Virus record (IMG/VR): IMGVR_UViG_3300005337_000002
DNA length: 64,000 nucleotides
Reading direction: 5' to 3' (one strand)
Origin: a virus
The position numbers were made by a program, and so were the translations under genes. This document shows positions 31,306 to 41,417 of this stretch, piece after piece. The stretch's first letter is position 1. Every line of letters starts with the position of its first letter. The notes under the pieces are model-generated. The model had not been told where the DNA came from, ran no database searches, and worked only from the letters and a program-made list of their open reading frames with translations.

Positions 31306-32568
31306 ATGGAGCGCACCCTGCCGAAGAAGCTCACGGAGCTGGGCCGAATCCGCATAGGAGATCGTGAACCAAACGCCCGGGGCGGGGGCACGCATCCCCA
31401 TAAGCTCTCGACCTTTCGTCTGACCTCGCAAAACGGCTCCCTGCTGGGCTTTGTGGCGTCCCTCTATGGTGGCACGGTGAAACCCTGGGAGGGCGAGGGG
31501 GCGCCGGTGGATGAGCACGGCCGCGCCACGCATTTCGAGGTGTACACGGAAGCCAATAGTCTGGACGTGCTCATTCCCACGATGAGTGCGGTGGCCCTAT
31601 CCTATGAGGTCTGGAGTGCGTCCGGGTGCCAGCGGCGATGCACGGGCACGGTCATTCAGGATTGCGCGACGAACCTGGATCTGATTGGCAAAGCCTGTAT
31701 CTGCCCGGCGGACGATCTGGAGCGGGCGGATCAGGCCCAGCGCGGGGCAGCCTGCCTGCGGATTCTGCGCTTGAACGTGCTGCTGCCGGACGTGCCGGGC
31801 CTGGGGACATGGCGGCTGGAGACGAAGGGGTTTTATGCCGCTGCGGAGCTGCTCGGGACGCTGGACCTGCTCACACAGGCCGGGGGCGAGCATGCCATTA
31901 TCGAGAGTGTCTTGCGGCTGGAGCAGCGCACGCTCAAGCGGGCGGCACGGGGCGATCAGAAAGCGCAAACGATGAAATTCGTGGTGCCGGTGCTCTGGCC
32001 GAAATGGACGCCGCGCCAACTGCTTGCGGGCACGGCCAATATCCTGCTCATGGCCCCGCCGACGGCTGAGGAGCCCCCGCGCCTCGCGTCGCCGATCGGC
32101 GATCTCTACGGCGACCAGGCTGCGCCCGCGGCGGATCCTGGGCAGCGGCATGAACCAGCGCTCCTCGATGCGCTTGCGGCCCATCCGGGGGAGACGCTGG
32201 AGACGTGGTATGGCTGGGCGGAGAAGCGCCTGCACAAAGCGCGTACGGCCTTTACGGACGACGACTACGGCATGCTGCTGCAAACGATCCGCGATACGGT
32301 CCGCAAAGCCAGGGCGACGGGCGAGACGTCTGATCCAGACTGGCGCATGAGTGTCACCCGCTTGGCTGCAGAGACGCGGGCGTTGCTCACGGGGAAGAAT
32401 CCGTCCCAAGCCATGGAGCGGAAGGTGCGGGCCGCCTGTGCCACGGCCACGGGGGTGGCAGAAGATCCCGACGCAACGGTCGCTGTGGGCGAGGCGTGTC
32501 TGGAGACGCTACGCACCGTGGCCGATGAGGTGCGGGCGCATTTGGCCCACGGTGGCGCAGTGGTCTAG
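31306..32568 (+). CDS. Gp3-like (recombination directionality factor-like) phage protein
   Basis: ELGRIRIG...KLSTFRLTS...RRCTG...RLNVLLPDVPGLGTWRLETKG. Confidence 0.7.
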   Translation: MERTLPKKLTELGRIRIGDREPNARGGGTHPHKLSTFRLTSQNGSLLGFVASLYGGTVKPWEGEGAPVDEHGRATHFEVYTEANSLDVLIPTMSAVALSYEVWSASGCQRRCTGTVIQDCATNLDLIGKACICPADDLERADQAQRGAACLRILRLNVLLPDVPGLGTWRLETKGFYAAAELLGTLDLLTQAGGEHAIIESVLRLEQRTLKRAARGDQKAQTMKFVVPVLWPKWTPRQLLAGTANILLMAPPTAEEPPRLASPIGDLYGDQAAPAADPGQRHEPALLDALAAHPGETLETWYGWAEKRLHKARTAFTDDDYGMLLQTIRDTVRKARATGETSDPDWRMSVTRLAAETRALLTGKNPSQAMERKVRAACATATGVAEDPDATVAVGEACLETLRTVADEVRAHLAHGGAVV

Positions 32569-33592
32569 CCAGGAGGTATTGTGATGCTCACGCCCGAAGA
32601 ACATACGGCCCTCTTGCGGCGCTTTGAAGTAGATCGCTTGCTCAAGCTCATGACCCTCGAAGCCAAGCGCTCCCATGACGGCCACTATACGATTTTCGCC
32701 TTTACGACGGGCTATAAGGTCGCCTTTGGTACGCCGAGCCTCTACCCCGTGCAGGCCAGCGCTGATTACCAACTCCGGGCTATGCCGAGCTTTCCGACCC
32801 TCAAAGAGGCGATGATTGCGGCCTTGGTCACGGGGAAAGACTTTGAAGCCTATTTCACGGGGGATGGTGAGGCGGCGTTTGCTGCGGAGATGTCCCAGCA
32901 GGCAGCCTGCGGCGGGCCCCCCTGTTCTGCGTGGCGTGATGGGACGATCATGTTTTTTTGTGAACTCTGTGGCGGGAGTGTGGATGTCGACGCGCTCCCG
33001 GAGGGGTGGGATGGGATGACGTCTCCCTCTGTCTGCGCGACGTGCCTGCCCGTGCTTGCCTTGCCGCTCACAGATGCGCAGCGGCGCCAGGTCGTCGGCG
33101 TTTTATGGAATGCGATCGCGCGTGAGCAGGCAGGAGCGTAGGCCCATGCCTCTCCCGAACGATCCGCGTGAGACAGCCCGTCAGTTGCGCACGGCGCGGC
33201 AGGATGTGCGCGCCCTGACGCAGGCCGTCAGCCTCGCCCTCGCCCGGCTGGACCATCTCATCGCCCTGCCGCCCGCGTCCGCGCGCGGTCCGCAGCTGGC
33301 GCAGGTGGTCAATGCGCTCGATCTTGCGAACGATGCCGCCCTGCACTTCGGGCTGGGGCAGAGTTTTCCGACCATTGCGCGGGAGAAGGCGCGGGTGGAG
33401 CGCCTCGTGTCGGGTGCAGGGGTCGTGCGGGAGTCTGCATGAGTGTGTGGGTGCTCGTGAGCGTTGGCTGTCTCGGAGTCCTTGTGGCGACGACGATGTG
33501 TCTCCTGCTCGGGATCTGGACCACCCTGGGGGAGCTTGTGGCGGCGGTGGAGGACCATACACGGATGATTGAAGAACGGGAATGGATGACGC

Positions 33593-34645
33593 ATGCGCAG
33601 AGTCCTGCTCCTCCTGCTCCTCCTGCTCCTCCTGAGTAGTCAGCTGGTGTCTGCCGCCTCCCTCACGATTGGCCCTGGGGACGCGCTCAGTGCCGCCGTG
33701 GCGCAGTTGCATCCGGGCGAGACGCTGACCCTGCTGGGCGGGACGTATACCCAGCCGCTGCGCTCGGGCGACGTGGTCTTCCCCAGCGGCACGTCCTGGC
33801 AGGCGCCGATTACCATTCAGGGGGCGCCCGGTGCCACCGTGGTCCTGACGCAGCCCGTCAATATCCAGGCCAATAGCGACGGGTCCTCGGTCCGCTATCT
33901 CATCCTCGCCAACCTGCACATGCCGACCTTTCGTGTGGGCGATCAGACGAGCTTCTTGCGGGTGCAGGACAGCGACATGACGGGGGATGCCAACCACGGC
34001 ATCACGATTACCTCCACGACCGATCATATCGAGATTCTCCGCACCCTCGTGCATGATGCGCAGGTGGGGAGCAATCCCGCCTATAGCGTCACGACGGCCA
34101 CCTATGGCTGCTACTGTAACGGGCAGCATATGCTGATCGAGGGCAACACGTTTCGCCAGAACAGCGGGTATGCGCTCCACCTCTATTTGAGTGGCAGCAC
34201 GGTCAATAATGCCATCGTGCGGCGCAACACGTTTGTGGGGAACGCCGCGGATGATGGCACCCGCAACCTCACGCTGGGGGTGGTCATTCTGGCCGGGAGC
34301 AACAATCTGTTCTGCGGCAATACGCTGACGGACAACCCCACGCTGCATGGCGGGCCGGCGGTCTCGGCGGAGTATGGCAGCGGCAACGTGATCGTCGGCA
34401 ATACCATCAGTGGGACGAATGGCCCGGCGATTGAACTGAACGACTCGGCGGTGGGGACGGTGGTGGCGGGCAATCAGCTCACCAATAATCAGGGCGGGAT
34501 CGTGGGGCCGGGGATGACGACGATGGTGACGACGACGACGGTGGACTGTGCGGCGCCGCTCGCGGCGCCCTCGCCCGTGCCGGTGGCGCAGAAGCCGCCT
34601 GCGCCCACGCACTTGCGGGTGCTAGCGATTCTCCCCTCACACTAG
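33593..34645 (+). CDS. Secreted right-handed beta-helix (pectin lyase-like) protein, paralogue of 42265-44148
   Basis: Signal peptide; shared GGTY, YGCYCNG, GYA.HLYLSG, DGTR. Confidence 0.85.
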   Translation: MRRVLLLLLLLLLLSSQLVSAASLTIGPGDALSAAVAQLHPGETLTLLGGTYTQPLRSGDVVFPSGTSWQAPITIQGAPGATVVLTQPVNIQANSDGSSVRYLILANLHMPTFRVGDQTSFLRVQDSDMTGDANHGITITSTTDHIEILRTLVHDAQVGSNPAYSVTTATYGCYCNGQHMLIEGNTFRQNSGYALHLYLSGSTVNNAIVRRNTFVGNAADDGTRNLTLGVVILAGSNNLFCGNTLTDNPTLHGGPAVSAEYGSGNVIVGNTISGTNGPAIELNDSAVGTVVAGNQLTNNQGGIVGPGMTTMVTTTTVDCAAPLAAPSPVPVAQKPPAPTHLRVLAILPSH

Positions 34646-34776
34646 AAGGAAGATAGGTATGGGTGACATCATCGAAAGCGCGCGGCATGCCATTGCTCTG
34701 TTAGGGATGCTTATCATGCTCTGTTGGGTGATCATCGTCCTATGTGACCACCCTAAGTGAGTGAGGAGGTATATCG

Positions 34777-35826
34777 ATGAGTCAGCGCATGATTGATCAG
34801 ATTTTTCGCGAGGGGTATGTGATGGAAGTGCGCCCGGGGACGCTCCGGCACTACCGGGTGGGGGAGCCGCTGGCGGAGGGCGGGGTCCTCCCCTTCACGC
34901 ATGCGCAACCCTTTATCGTGGACAATGTGACGGCCTATATGTACGCTGGCACCAGTCAAAATGTCTGGTTCAGCACCGACTTTCCGAACTGTGCGCCGCC
35001 CGCCCCGGTGTTCTGGATGGAGACGCGCCAGCCGCCCGCCATCCGCACCGAGACCGCGGTCCTGCCCTGGCCCGGGCAGTATGCCTGGGGCGCCCTGTTC
35101 CAAAGCGTCGACGTGACGCAGCGGCCGGACGTGCTTGCCGTGGCCGCCCGCGCCTTTCACGGCGCCGCGCAGGACCGCTTTGCGGAGGCGCGCTGGGCGT
35201 ATCAGTGCTTTCCGTTTGTCCTGCTCGACCGGGCCGCCCCCGTCTTCGGCCCGGTGATGGTTGGGATGTGTCTGGTCGATGCGCATGGCGCCCTCCTGCC
35301 GCATTGGATTCCCGCGGCCTGTGGTCAATCCGTCTGTACCTGCCCGCGGACGCACCGCACGCATAGCGCGGTGGAGGCATGGTGGACCGTCCATCTCGAC
35401 GCGTGGCCCAGCGCGCACCTGCGCGAGCGCCGCGAGGTCTGCCGTCCGCTCCTCTTCCCGTTCTGGCTCGCCCTCTCGTTCCTGCACTGTAAGAATGTGA
35501 CCGCGACCGCGACGGATCCCTGTCATCCTCGCGGCAAGCGCCGTCCGCAGGATCCCTGTCGTCGGGTGCACTATAAGGTCCTCGACATTCACCCCATGCA
35601 GCGGCTCCTCCAGCGGGAGCGCACCGCGCACCAGGGGGACTTGCGGCAGGCGCTCCATATCATGCGCGGCCATTTTAAGAATTATCAGGACGGCAGTGGG
35701 CTCTTTGGCAAGCATCACGGCCTGTACTGGTGGGACCAACGGCTGCGCGGGTCCTCGGACCACGGGATTGTGGTCAAAGACTATGCGATCCACGCGCCTG
35801 CGTCGCAGGGCCAGGCCGATGGATGA
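34777..35826 (+). CDS. Conserved phage protein (H..RGHFK type)
   Basis: HIMRGHFKNY...GLFGK..G.YWW...RG...G.V.KDY. Confidence 0.6.
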   Translation: MSQRMIDQIFREGYVMEVRPGTLRHYRVGEPLAEGGVLPFTHAQPFIVDNVTAYMYAGTSQNVWFSTDFPNCAPPAPVFWMETRQPPAIRTETAVLPWPGQYAWGALFQSVDVTQRPDVLAVAARAFHGAAQDRFAEARWAYQCFPFVLLDRAAPVFGPVMVGMCLVDAHGALLPHWIPAACGQSVCTCPRTHRTHSAVEAWWTVHLDAWPSAHLRERREVCRPLLFPFWLALSFLHCKNVTATATDPCHPRGKRRPQDPCRRVHYKVLDIHPMQRLLQRERTAHQGDLRQALHIMRGHFKNYQDGSGLFGKHHGLYWWDQRLRGSSDHGIVVKDYAIHAPASQGQADG

Positions 35827-36143
35827 AAGGCGCGCTATGCCGCAGGCCGACGTGTGTTGGCACTGTCACGCCCCCGCGACCCGCTGGTGTGATTATACGA
35901 TTGCCTGGACGATTGTGGGCTATACGAAGCACCGCACGCCCTATACGAGTCGCACTGTCGACCATCCTACGTGTGACCGCCCCCTCTGCCCGGTCCGCGC
36001 CCGTGCCGCTCCTCGATCCCGAGGGGATTGCGCGTCTGCGTGCCCGCCTTGCTGCGGAACGCCCCCCCCATCGCTTACGTCTCCTGCCTGGGGGACGGGG
36101 CGGGTAGTGTCATTCTCTTTCCTCTTATTCTGGAGAGTATCGC

Positions 36144-37316
36144 ATGTTTCCGACCCTGCTCAATCGACTCCGCAACCGGCATCGCTACCATACCCATCCG
36201 GAGGCTATCATTCTGGCCTGCTTCTTTAATCCGCAACACTCGCCCTATCGGCTGCTGGCCTTTCACCACTGGTATCGCAGCATCAAACATTTGCCGCATC
36301 AGATTCTGGAATGCACGATTGGGGAAGATACAACCCGCCAACTGCCTCCTAGCCCCTCCATTGCGCATGTCCATGTCCAGCAACTCCTGTGGCATAAAGA
36401 GACCTTACTCAACAAACTCATCGAGACATTACCTGCGCAGTATCGCTATGTCTTTTGGGTGGATACCGATGTGCTGTTCACGAATCCGCAGTGGCTGACG
36501 CAGAGTGTGGCGCAGTTGCAAGCCGAGGCGACGATTGTACAGCCCTTTGAGTTTGCGATTCATCTTCGCCGCCATCAGCTGCAGCCAGATTTTCCCGTCG
36601 AGCATTGGCCCGCAGGTACCGCCACCCCTCTGCGCCATCCTCGGGTCTGGCGCAGCTTTGCGGCCACCTATGCCCAGCATGCTGCCCTGGCTGCGGACGC
36701 CAATTATGACCGCCATGGCCATGTCGGCTTTGCCTGGGGCATACGGCGTGCACTTCTTGATGCGCACCTGCTCTATGACAAAGCGCTGATTGGTGGCGCC
36801 GATCATATTATAGCGCATGCGGCTGCCGGGCATATTCCCCATCCCTGTATTGATGCGGCATTCCCGCACCAACTGCCTGACATCCTCCAATGGTCGTCCG
36901 CATTTTATGCGTCGGTCCGCGGCCACATCGCCTACGCTCCTGGTGATCTCTATCATCTGTGGCACGGGGCATTGTCCAAGCGGCAATACTTCTCCCGGAT
37001 CCACGCCTTTGATCATGCCCACCGCGATGTCTTCCGTGACACAGAGGGGTTCTGGGTCGATCCAGCGGATACCCCCTACGTCGAGGACTATTTTGAGGAA
37101 CGTGAGGCCGAGGGCGTGGCGGATTATCAAGGCTATGATGCCTCATTTGAGGAGGATATGGGCTCTCCTCTCGATGCCCTCTGCCCGGCCTTGCCCCTCG
37201 ATACCACCGACAGTGTGATTGACCAGACGCCCGGGGTCTGGGATGGCCCGCCCGACCCCAGGCCTTCTCATGACGATGCGCCCTATGACGTAACGATGGG
37301 CAGCACCTTTTCCTGA
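36144..37316 (+). CDS. Glycosyltransferase-A-like protein
   Basis: LWHKE.LLN...YVFWVDTDVLF (DxD), GFAW, HLWHG. Confidence 0.6.
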   Translation: MFPTLLNRLRNRHRYHTHPEAIILACFFNPQHSPYRLLAFHHWYRSIKHLPHQILECTIGEDTTRQLPPSPSIAHVHVQQLLWHKETLLNKLIETLPAQYRYVFWVDTDVLFTNPQWLTQSVAQLQAEATIVQPFEFAIHLRRHQLQPDFPVEHWPAGTATPLRHPRVWRSFAATYAQHAALAADANYDRHGHVGFAWGIRRALLDAHLLYDKALIGGADHIIAHAAAGHIPHPCIDAAFPHQLPDILQWSSAFYASVRGHIAYAPGDLYHLWHGALSKRQYFSRIHAFDHAHRDVFRDTEGFWVDPADTPYVEDYFEEREAEGVADYQGYDASFEEDMGSPLDALCPALPLDTTDSVIDQTPGVWDGPPDPRPSHDDAPYDVTMGSTFS

Positions 37317-37346
37317 TCGTCTCCCGTGCGCATGCGTGCCACGTTG

Positions 37347-38546
37347 CTAGTCTGTGTGCAACGCCCGCTGCATGCGCTCAGCTATCCTCTCGCTGTTGGC
37401 GGGATGGAGGAGCCGCTGCATCACCAACTGGGCCTCGATGGCACGTATGACGTGCGCGTGGTCCTGGGGCATAGGCGGCGGCGCTGTGTCACTGGACACG
37501 GTCGCGACAAGGCCTGCAGGCGGATCACTCACGGGGGTCAGCACAAACCCATGCCGCACCCCCTGGACCAGCCCCTCCCCCGCGATGAGCCCCTGGGCAT
37601 TGCGACTGAGCACCCGCTGGAGTTGCCAGCCGTCCGCATTGGTCACGCGGGCCTGGAGTGCGATGGGCTGGTCCTGCGCATCCCAGAGCGTGGCGACACG
37701 GACCGTGAGTCCCGGCTCCTCCCCCTCGGTCACACTGGCCCCGAGCACGTTGCCGTCGTCATCGAGCCCGTCGCCCTCGCTCGTCTCCAAGCCCTCCAGC
37801 GGCGTCAGGACGTGCTTGCCATCGCTGCGATAGATCGCGGCCTGGCTGACGGGGGCATGGTCCTGCACGACAATCTCCCCAGCCCGGTTATTGATGCCCC
37901 GCGCCTCACTCCCCGCGACGAGGTCAAAGATCGCGCCCGCGAAACTCCAGAAGGCGGCATGGAGCACCCCGGCCTCATCCGTCGCCGCACCCGCACTATA
38001 GCCCGCGTCATTGATGGCGGTGAGAAACGCGGATTGCTGGTCGGCCAGCAGGCGTAAGGTGCGGGGCTGTCCGTCTTCCCAGAGCGTCGGTTCCAGGTGA
38101 CTGCGGTCTGGCACTTCGGCATAGCCCGCCACGACGAGGCTCAGGTTACAACTGGTCGCCGCGCTAAAGAGATCGGGATCGCCGAGAGTGCCCTCATCGA
38201 TCAAGCCGCCCGGGCCGGTGAACGTACAGGCATGAGTGAAGAGCGAGAACGGCCCAGTGCCGCACAGACCCACCGTGGCGCCGTTACAGATGGCGGCGGC
38301 GATGGAGAACGTGCCACCGGGGAGGAAGCCCAGGGGCACGGGGACGGGGAAGAGGAGCGCGGCGATCTGGTTGGGGCCAAGGAGGGTGCCCGCCACGAGG
38401 GGCTGCAGCGGATCGACCCCGGCGACGAGCACCTCGCCCAGGTCGGTGAGGGTATACGCATCGGCGAGCGGGGCCGCTGGGGTGCGGGACGGGAAGAGCA
38501 GGACGAGGAGCAGGAGGGTCACAACAGTGCTGATGGCACGAGGCAT
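37347..38546 (-). CDS. Secreted HAF-repeat (beta-propeller-like) protein, probable moron
   Basis: Signal peptide; YTLTDLG, AIND.G, HA.FW, HGFVLTP. Confidence 0.75.
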   Translation of the reverse strand: MPRAISTVVTLLLLVLLFPSRTPAAPLADAYTLTDLGEVLVAGVDPLQPLVAGTLLGPNQIAALLFPVPVPLGFLPGGTFSIAAAICNGATVGLCGTGPFSLFTHACTFTGPGGLIDEGTLGDPDLFSAATSCNLSLVVAGYAEVPDRSHLEPTLWEDGQPRTLRLLADQQSAFLTAINDAGYSAGAATDEAGVLHAAFWSFAGAIFDLVAGSEARGINNRAGEIVVQDHAPVSQAAIYRSDGKHVLTPLEGLETSEGDGLDDDGNVLGASVTEGEEPGLTVRVATLWDAQDQPIALQARVTNADGWQLQRVLSRNAQGLIAGEGLVQGVRHGFVLTPVSDPPAGLVATVSSDTAPPPMPQDHAHVIRAIEAQLVMQRLLHPANSERIAERMQRALHTD

Positions 38547-38700
38547 AGGGGTCTCCTAGAGTAAGAAGTACTAGCGAACGAATTTGGTACCGAGTTTAGC
38601 ATGATTTGCCATTGAGCGTTGTGTGAGATGTATCACAGGCTTGCGCGAGGAGAAGCGCTCTGCTATGCTGCCCCTGTCGTCGCGATCACGACGCGCGGAC

Positions 38701-38755
38701 CTGGGCAGCAAACGGCGTTAACCCGTGCGAGACTTCCCATCTCGCGGCTGCCCAG
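38701..38755 (+). ncRNA. c4-like three-way-junction leader RNA
   Basis: 9-bp outer stem, two inner hairpins; loop cttccca complementary to downstream tgggaa boxes. Confidence 0.6.
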
Positions 38756-38790
38756 ACCCCACCTGGGAACCCTCTGGGGAAAGGGCTGTC

Positions 38791-39453
38791 ATGCCAGATT
38801 TTCTTCCATTTCAGTTCAACGGTTTTGATATTGTAACCATCCGTGATGATCAGGGAGAGCCCTGGTGGAAAGCAATTGATGTGTGCGAAGCACTTGGGAT
38901 TACGTCCGGCGCAGATATGGAATGTATGACCGTTTACGATCTTCTCGCGATTGCGTCTGATTTAGACGATGATAAGCAGGCGATCCGTTTTCTCATAGCG
39001 CTTTCAAAATTTATGGCCTTTCTCCGTAGGGATACGAGAACATTTTGGCAACTCTATGCGTGTGCCATAGGAAATATTATTTGGAATAGACAACATTGCG
39101 ACGTAGAAAAAGACGAGTTTCATTGGCATGGACTTTTCAAGGATCATATAGCAACACTTATTCCTGGCGGGGTTATTGTCAAGCATCCCTATGTCAAAGG
39201 AGGTGGGCATCCTGATTGCTTCGTTCAGATAGAGAACGCCATATGTCCTGTTGAAATTAAACGCAATGTCTTTGACAATGCTGCGAAGAAACAACTTCAG
39301 AACTATATTGCCAACTATAAAGCCATTCGAGGCTTTGCTGTTGCGCAATCCTGCAAAGCTGTTCTCGATCCTAATATGCGCTTTGTCTCTATGGCATCCT
39401 TTGCCAATCCTCATCCTGTCCCGCCAGGTGCATCTTGTCTCCCCCAGAGATGA
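38791..39453 (+). CDS. Bro-N domain plus PD-(D/E)XK nuclease-like protein
   Basis: FQFNG..I..IRD..GEPWW.A.DVC.ALG; HPDCF...PVEIK...QL..Y; lower GC. Confidence 0.75.
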   Translation: MPDFLPFQFNGFDIVTIRDDQGEPWWKAIDVCEALGITSGADMECMTVYDLLAIASDLDDDKQAIRFLIALSKFMAFLRRDTRTFWQLYACAIGNIIWNRQHCDVEKDEFHWHGLFKDHIATLIPGGVIVKHPYVKGGGHPDCFVQIENAICPVEIKRNVFDNAAKKQLQNYIANYKAIRGFAVAQSCKAVLDPNMRFVSMASFANPHPVPPGASCLPQR

Positions 39454-39457
39454 TTCA

Positions 39458-39982
39458 TCATACACTGACCCCATGTTGCCGAAACAACGTCCGTGCCCGC
39501 GTGAACGCCCCCACGAGCTGCGCCGCCGCCTCATGCGTCCCCCCCAGGTCCGGGTGCACCTGCCGCAGATGCGCGTGATAGATCGTGCGCATGTCCATCG
39601 CGAGCGCCTCTAGCACCTCCCGCGACTGCTCCCAGAAGCCCGTCGTGCGCCGGGGCGACCCGTGGCGGCGTGTCGGCGCATCGAGGCCATTGCGGTCCGC
39701 ATAGACGCGCGCACGGGGCAGCCCGATCAGGAGGAGCGCATGGTGGATCCGCAGGGGGAGGTGCGGGACGTCGCTGGGGGCGTAGATCTTCGGGATCAGC
39801 GCGGTCGGCGGGGACGCAGTATCCTGGACGGGCACCGGGGGCGGCGGCGCATACTGGACGAGCGCGAGATAGGTGGCGAGCGGGATGAACCCGGGCATCG
39901 CGGGGGGCGCGAGACAGGCCAGCGGCTTGCCGGGCGAGCCGCGTTTGCGGTGGGGCGGGGGGGGATTGGGCGCGCGGGGCAT
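39458..39982 (-). CDS. Protein with C-terminal J-domain-like HPD motif
   Basis: IYHAHLRQVHPDLGGTHE..AQL..AF..A. Confidence 0.55.
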   Translation of the reverse strand: MPRAPNPPPPHRKRGSPGKPLACLAPPAMPGFIPLATYLALVQYAPPPPVPVQDTASPPTALIPKIYAPSDVPHLPLRIHHALLLIGLPRARVYADRNGLDAPTRRHGSPRRTTGFWEQSREVLEALAMDMRTIYHAHLRQVHPDLGGTHEAAAQLVGAFTRARTLFRQHGVSV

Positions 39983-40078
39983 GGGATGTTCCTTCTCAGA
40001 TGAGGCAGCGAGGATGATGCGAAGGATTCTCTACAACCATAGCATACCCCTCGTGCGTGGGCACGCCGCGCGGATGGC

Positions 40079-40867
40079 CTATTTCCGCAGGAGGATTGAG
40101 ACCATGAGTCCGCCTATGCCTATTATAGAAGCTACTATAAGTCCTATAATCGTAACCGTGTAACTGCTGGAGGCTTGTTCACTCGTCTTGACGACTTGCT
40201 GCGTCTGTTGCGCGGCGGTGAGGCCCACCGTGCGGCCTTCGATGAGGAGCACCCGGCCTTTGAGATCGCCGACCTGTTCGCCCATCCCGCCAATGGCTGT
40301 CTGAAACAACGTGGTGAGCTGGTCGATGCTCTTCATGGTCGCCGCTTCACTTTTCGCAATCGCCAGGGCCGACGAGCGGTTTTGCTCCTGAAACGCCTCT
40401 TTGGCCGCCGCGAGCGCCGCATTGATGGCTTTCTCTGAGCCCTGGGCAATTTGCTCGGTGCGGGTATCGCGTTCCACAAACTGCGTGTCAATCGTGCTAA
40501 AGCGCTGATGCACCGTCGCGAGGGCAGCCTGGAGATTTTTGTCGAGGGCCTCGCTCATCTGGTGCACCCGGATATCGCGTTCCTGAAATTGGATCGCAAT
40601 GCTACTAAAGCGCTCCTCGACGGTGCTAAACATCTTGTCGACCACTTCCCGCACATGACTAATCTGCTTGTCAACCTCCGTGGGCACGCGTGTCAAGTTG
40701 GTCTCAAATAAGTTCTGGGCTTTGTCCATAGCGACGAGCCGCACCGTAATACTATCAAAGCGCTCATCAAAGATGGCTTTGAGCGCCGCCACTTCCCGCA
40801 GCATAAGCTGGGTCGTTAGTAGCGACGGATCCGCAGGGTGCGAGAGGTGGATCGTGTCGTCAGCCAT
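40079..40867 (-). CDS. Coiled-coil protein with C-terminal TM (lysis region)
   Basis: Heptad-rich; terminal hydrophobic helix. Confidence 0.65.
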   Translation of the reverse strand: MADDTIHLSHPADPSLLTTQLMLREVAALKAIFDERFDSITVRLVAMDKAQNLFETNLTRVPTEVDKQISHVREVVDKMFSTVEERFSSIAIQFQERDIRVHQMSEALDKNLQAALATVHQRFSTIDTQFVERDTRTEQIAQGSEKAINAALAAAKEAFQEQNRSSALAIAKSEAATMKSIDQLTTLFQTAIGGMGEQVGDLKGRVLLIEGRTVGLTAAQQTQQVVKTSEQASSSYTVTIIGLIVASIIGIGGLMVSILLRK

Positions 40868-40876
40868 AACATCGCC

Positions 40877-41035
40877 TTAGAGACGCCCGGTGAGCAAGAG
40901 GACCACGAGGATTATCAGTACGATGCCCACAATCCCTGGCATGCCCCATCCCGTGCCGTGCCAACTCCCCCAGGGGGCCGTTGGGACACCTGCAAAGAGG
41001 ACGATGACTAATATAACTATTAGTAGTAACCACAT
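40877..41035 (-). CDS. DUF3309-like small membrane protein
   Basis: LLIVILV..L...P..PW......G..P..VG.VLII.VVLLLTGRL. Confidence 0.7.
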   Translation of the reverse strand: MWLLLIVILVIVLFAGVPTAPWGSWHGTGWGMPGIVGIVLIILVVLLLTGRL

Positions 41036-41046
41036 AGACACGTCTC

Positions 41047-41271
41047 CTAGAGTGACGTATGCGTGGGTGGTGCGGATGCCGGCGTCTCCGGCCAGGCCGC
41101 ATGCCCCGCATTCGCTGCAGCGACCGCCCCGCCGAGGAGTGCCGTGAGCCACGTCGCGGTGGCAAGCTTGGTCGTCGTGCCGGAGAGCTGCACCAGCGAG
41201 GTTGTCAGCATCCCGGCACACGCCACGATAAACGCCCGCAGACAGATGAGCCAAAAATGGACATCCGGCAT
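41047..41271 (-). CDS. Holin-like 2-TM protein
   Basis: Two hydrophobic helices; lysis position. Confidence 0.45.
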   Translation of the reverse strand: MPDVHFWLICLRAFIVACAGMLTTSLVQLSGTTTKLATATWLTALLGGAVAAANAGHAAWPETPASAPPTHTSL

Positions 41272-41273
41272 CG

Positions 41274-41417
41274 TTACCTCCCGAGCGGGATCGCCCGCAG
41301 CAGTTCGATGAGGACAAGGCAGAGCACGCAGAGCCAGATGGCCATGCCCCGGAGGATGTGGATAATGAGAAACGCGAGGGCCAGGACCGCGAGGACGAGA
41401 AACACGGTTAGGGGCAT
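41274..41417 (-). CDS. Small 2-TM membrane protein
   Basis: GGAGG RBS; hydrophobic 47 aa. Confidence 0.5.
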   Translation of the reverse strand: MPLTVFLVLAVLALAFLIIHILRGMAIWLCVLCLVLIELLRAIPLGR

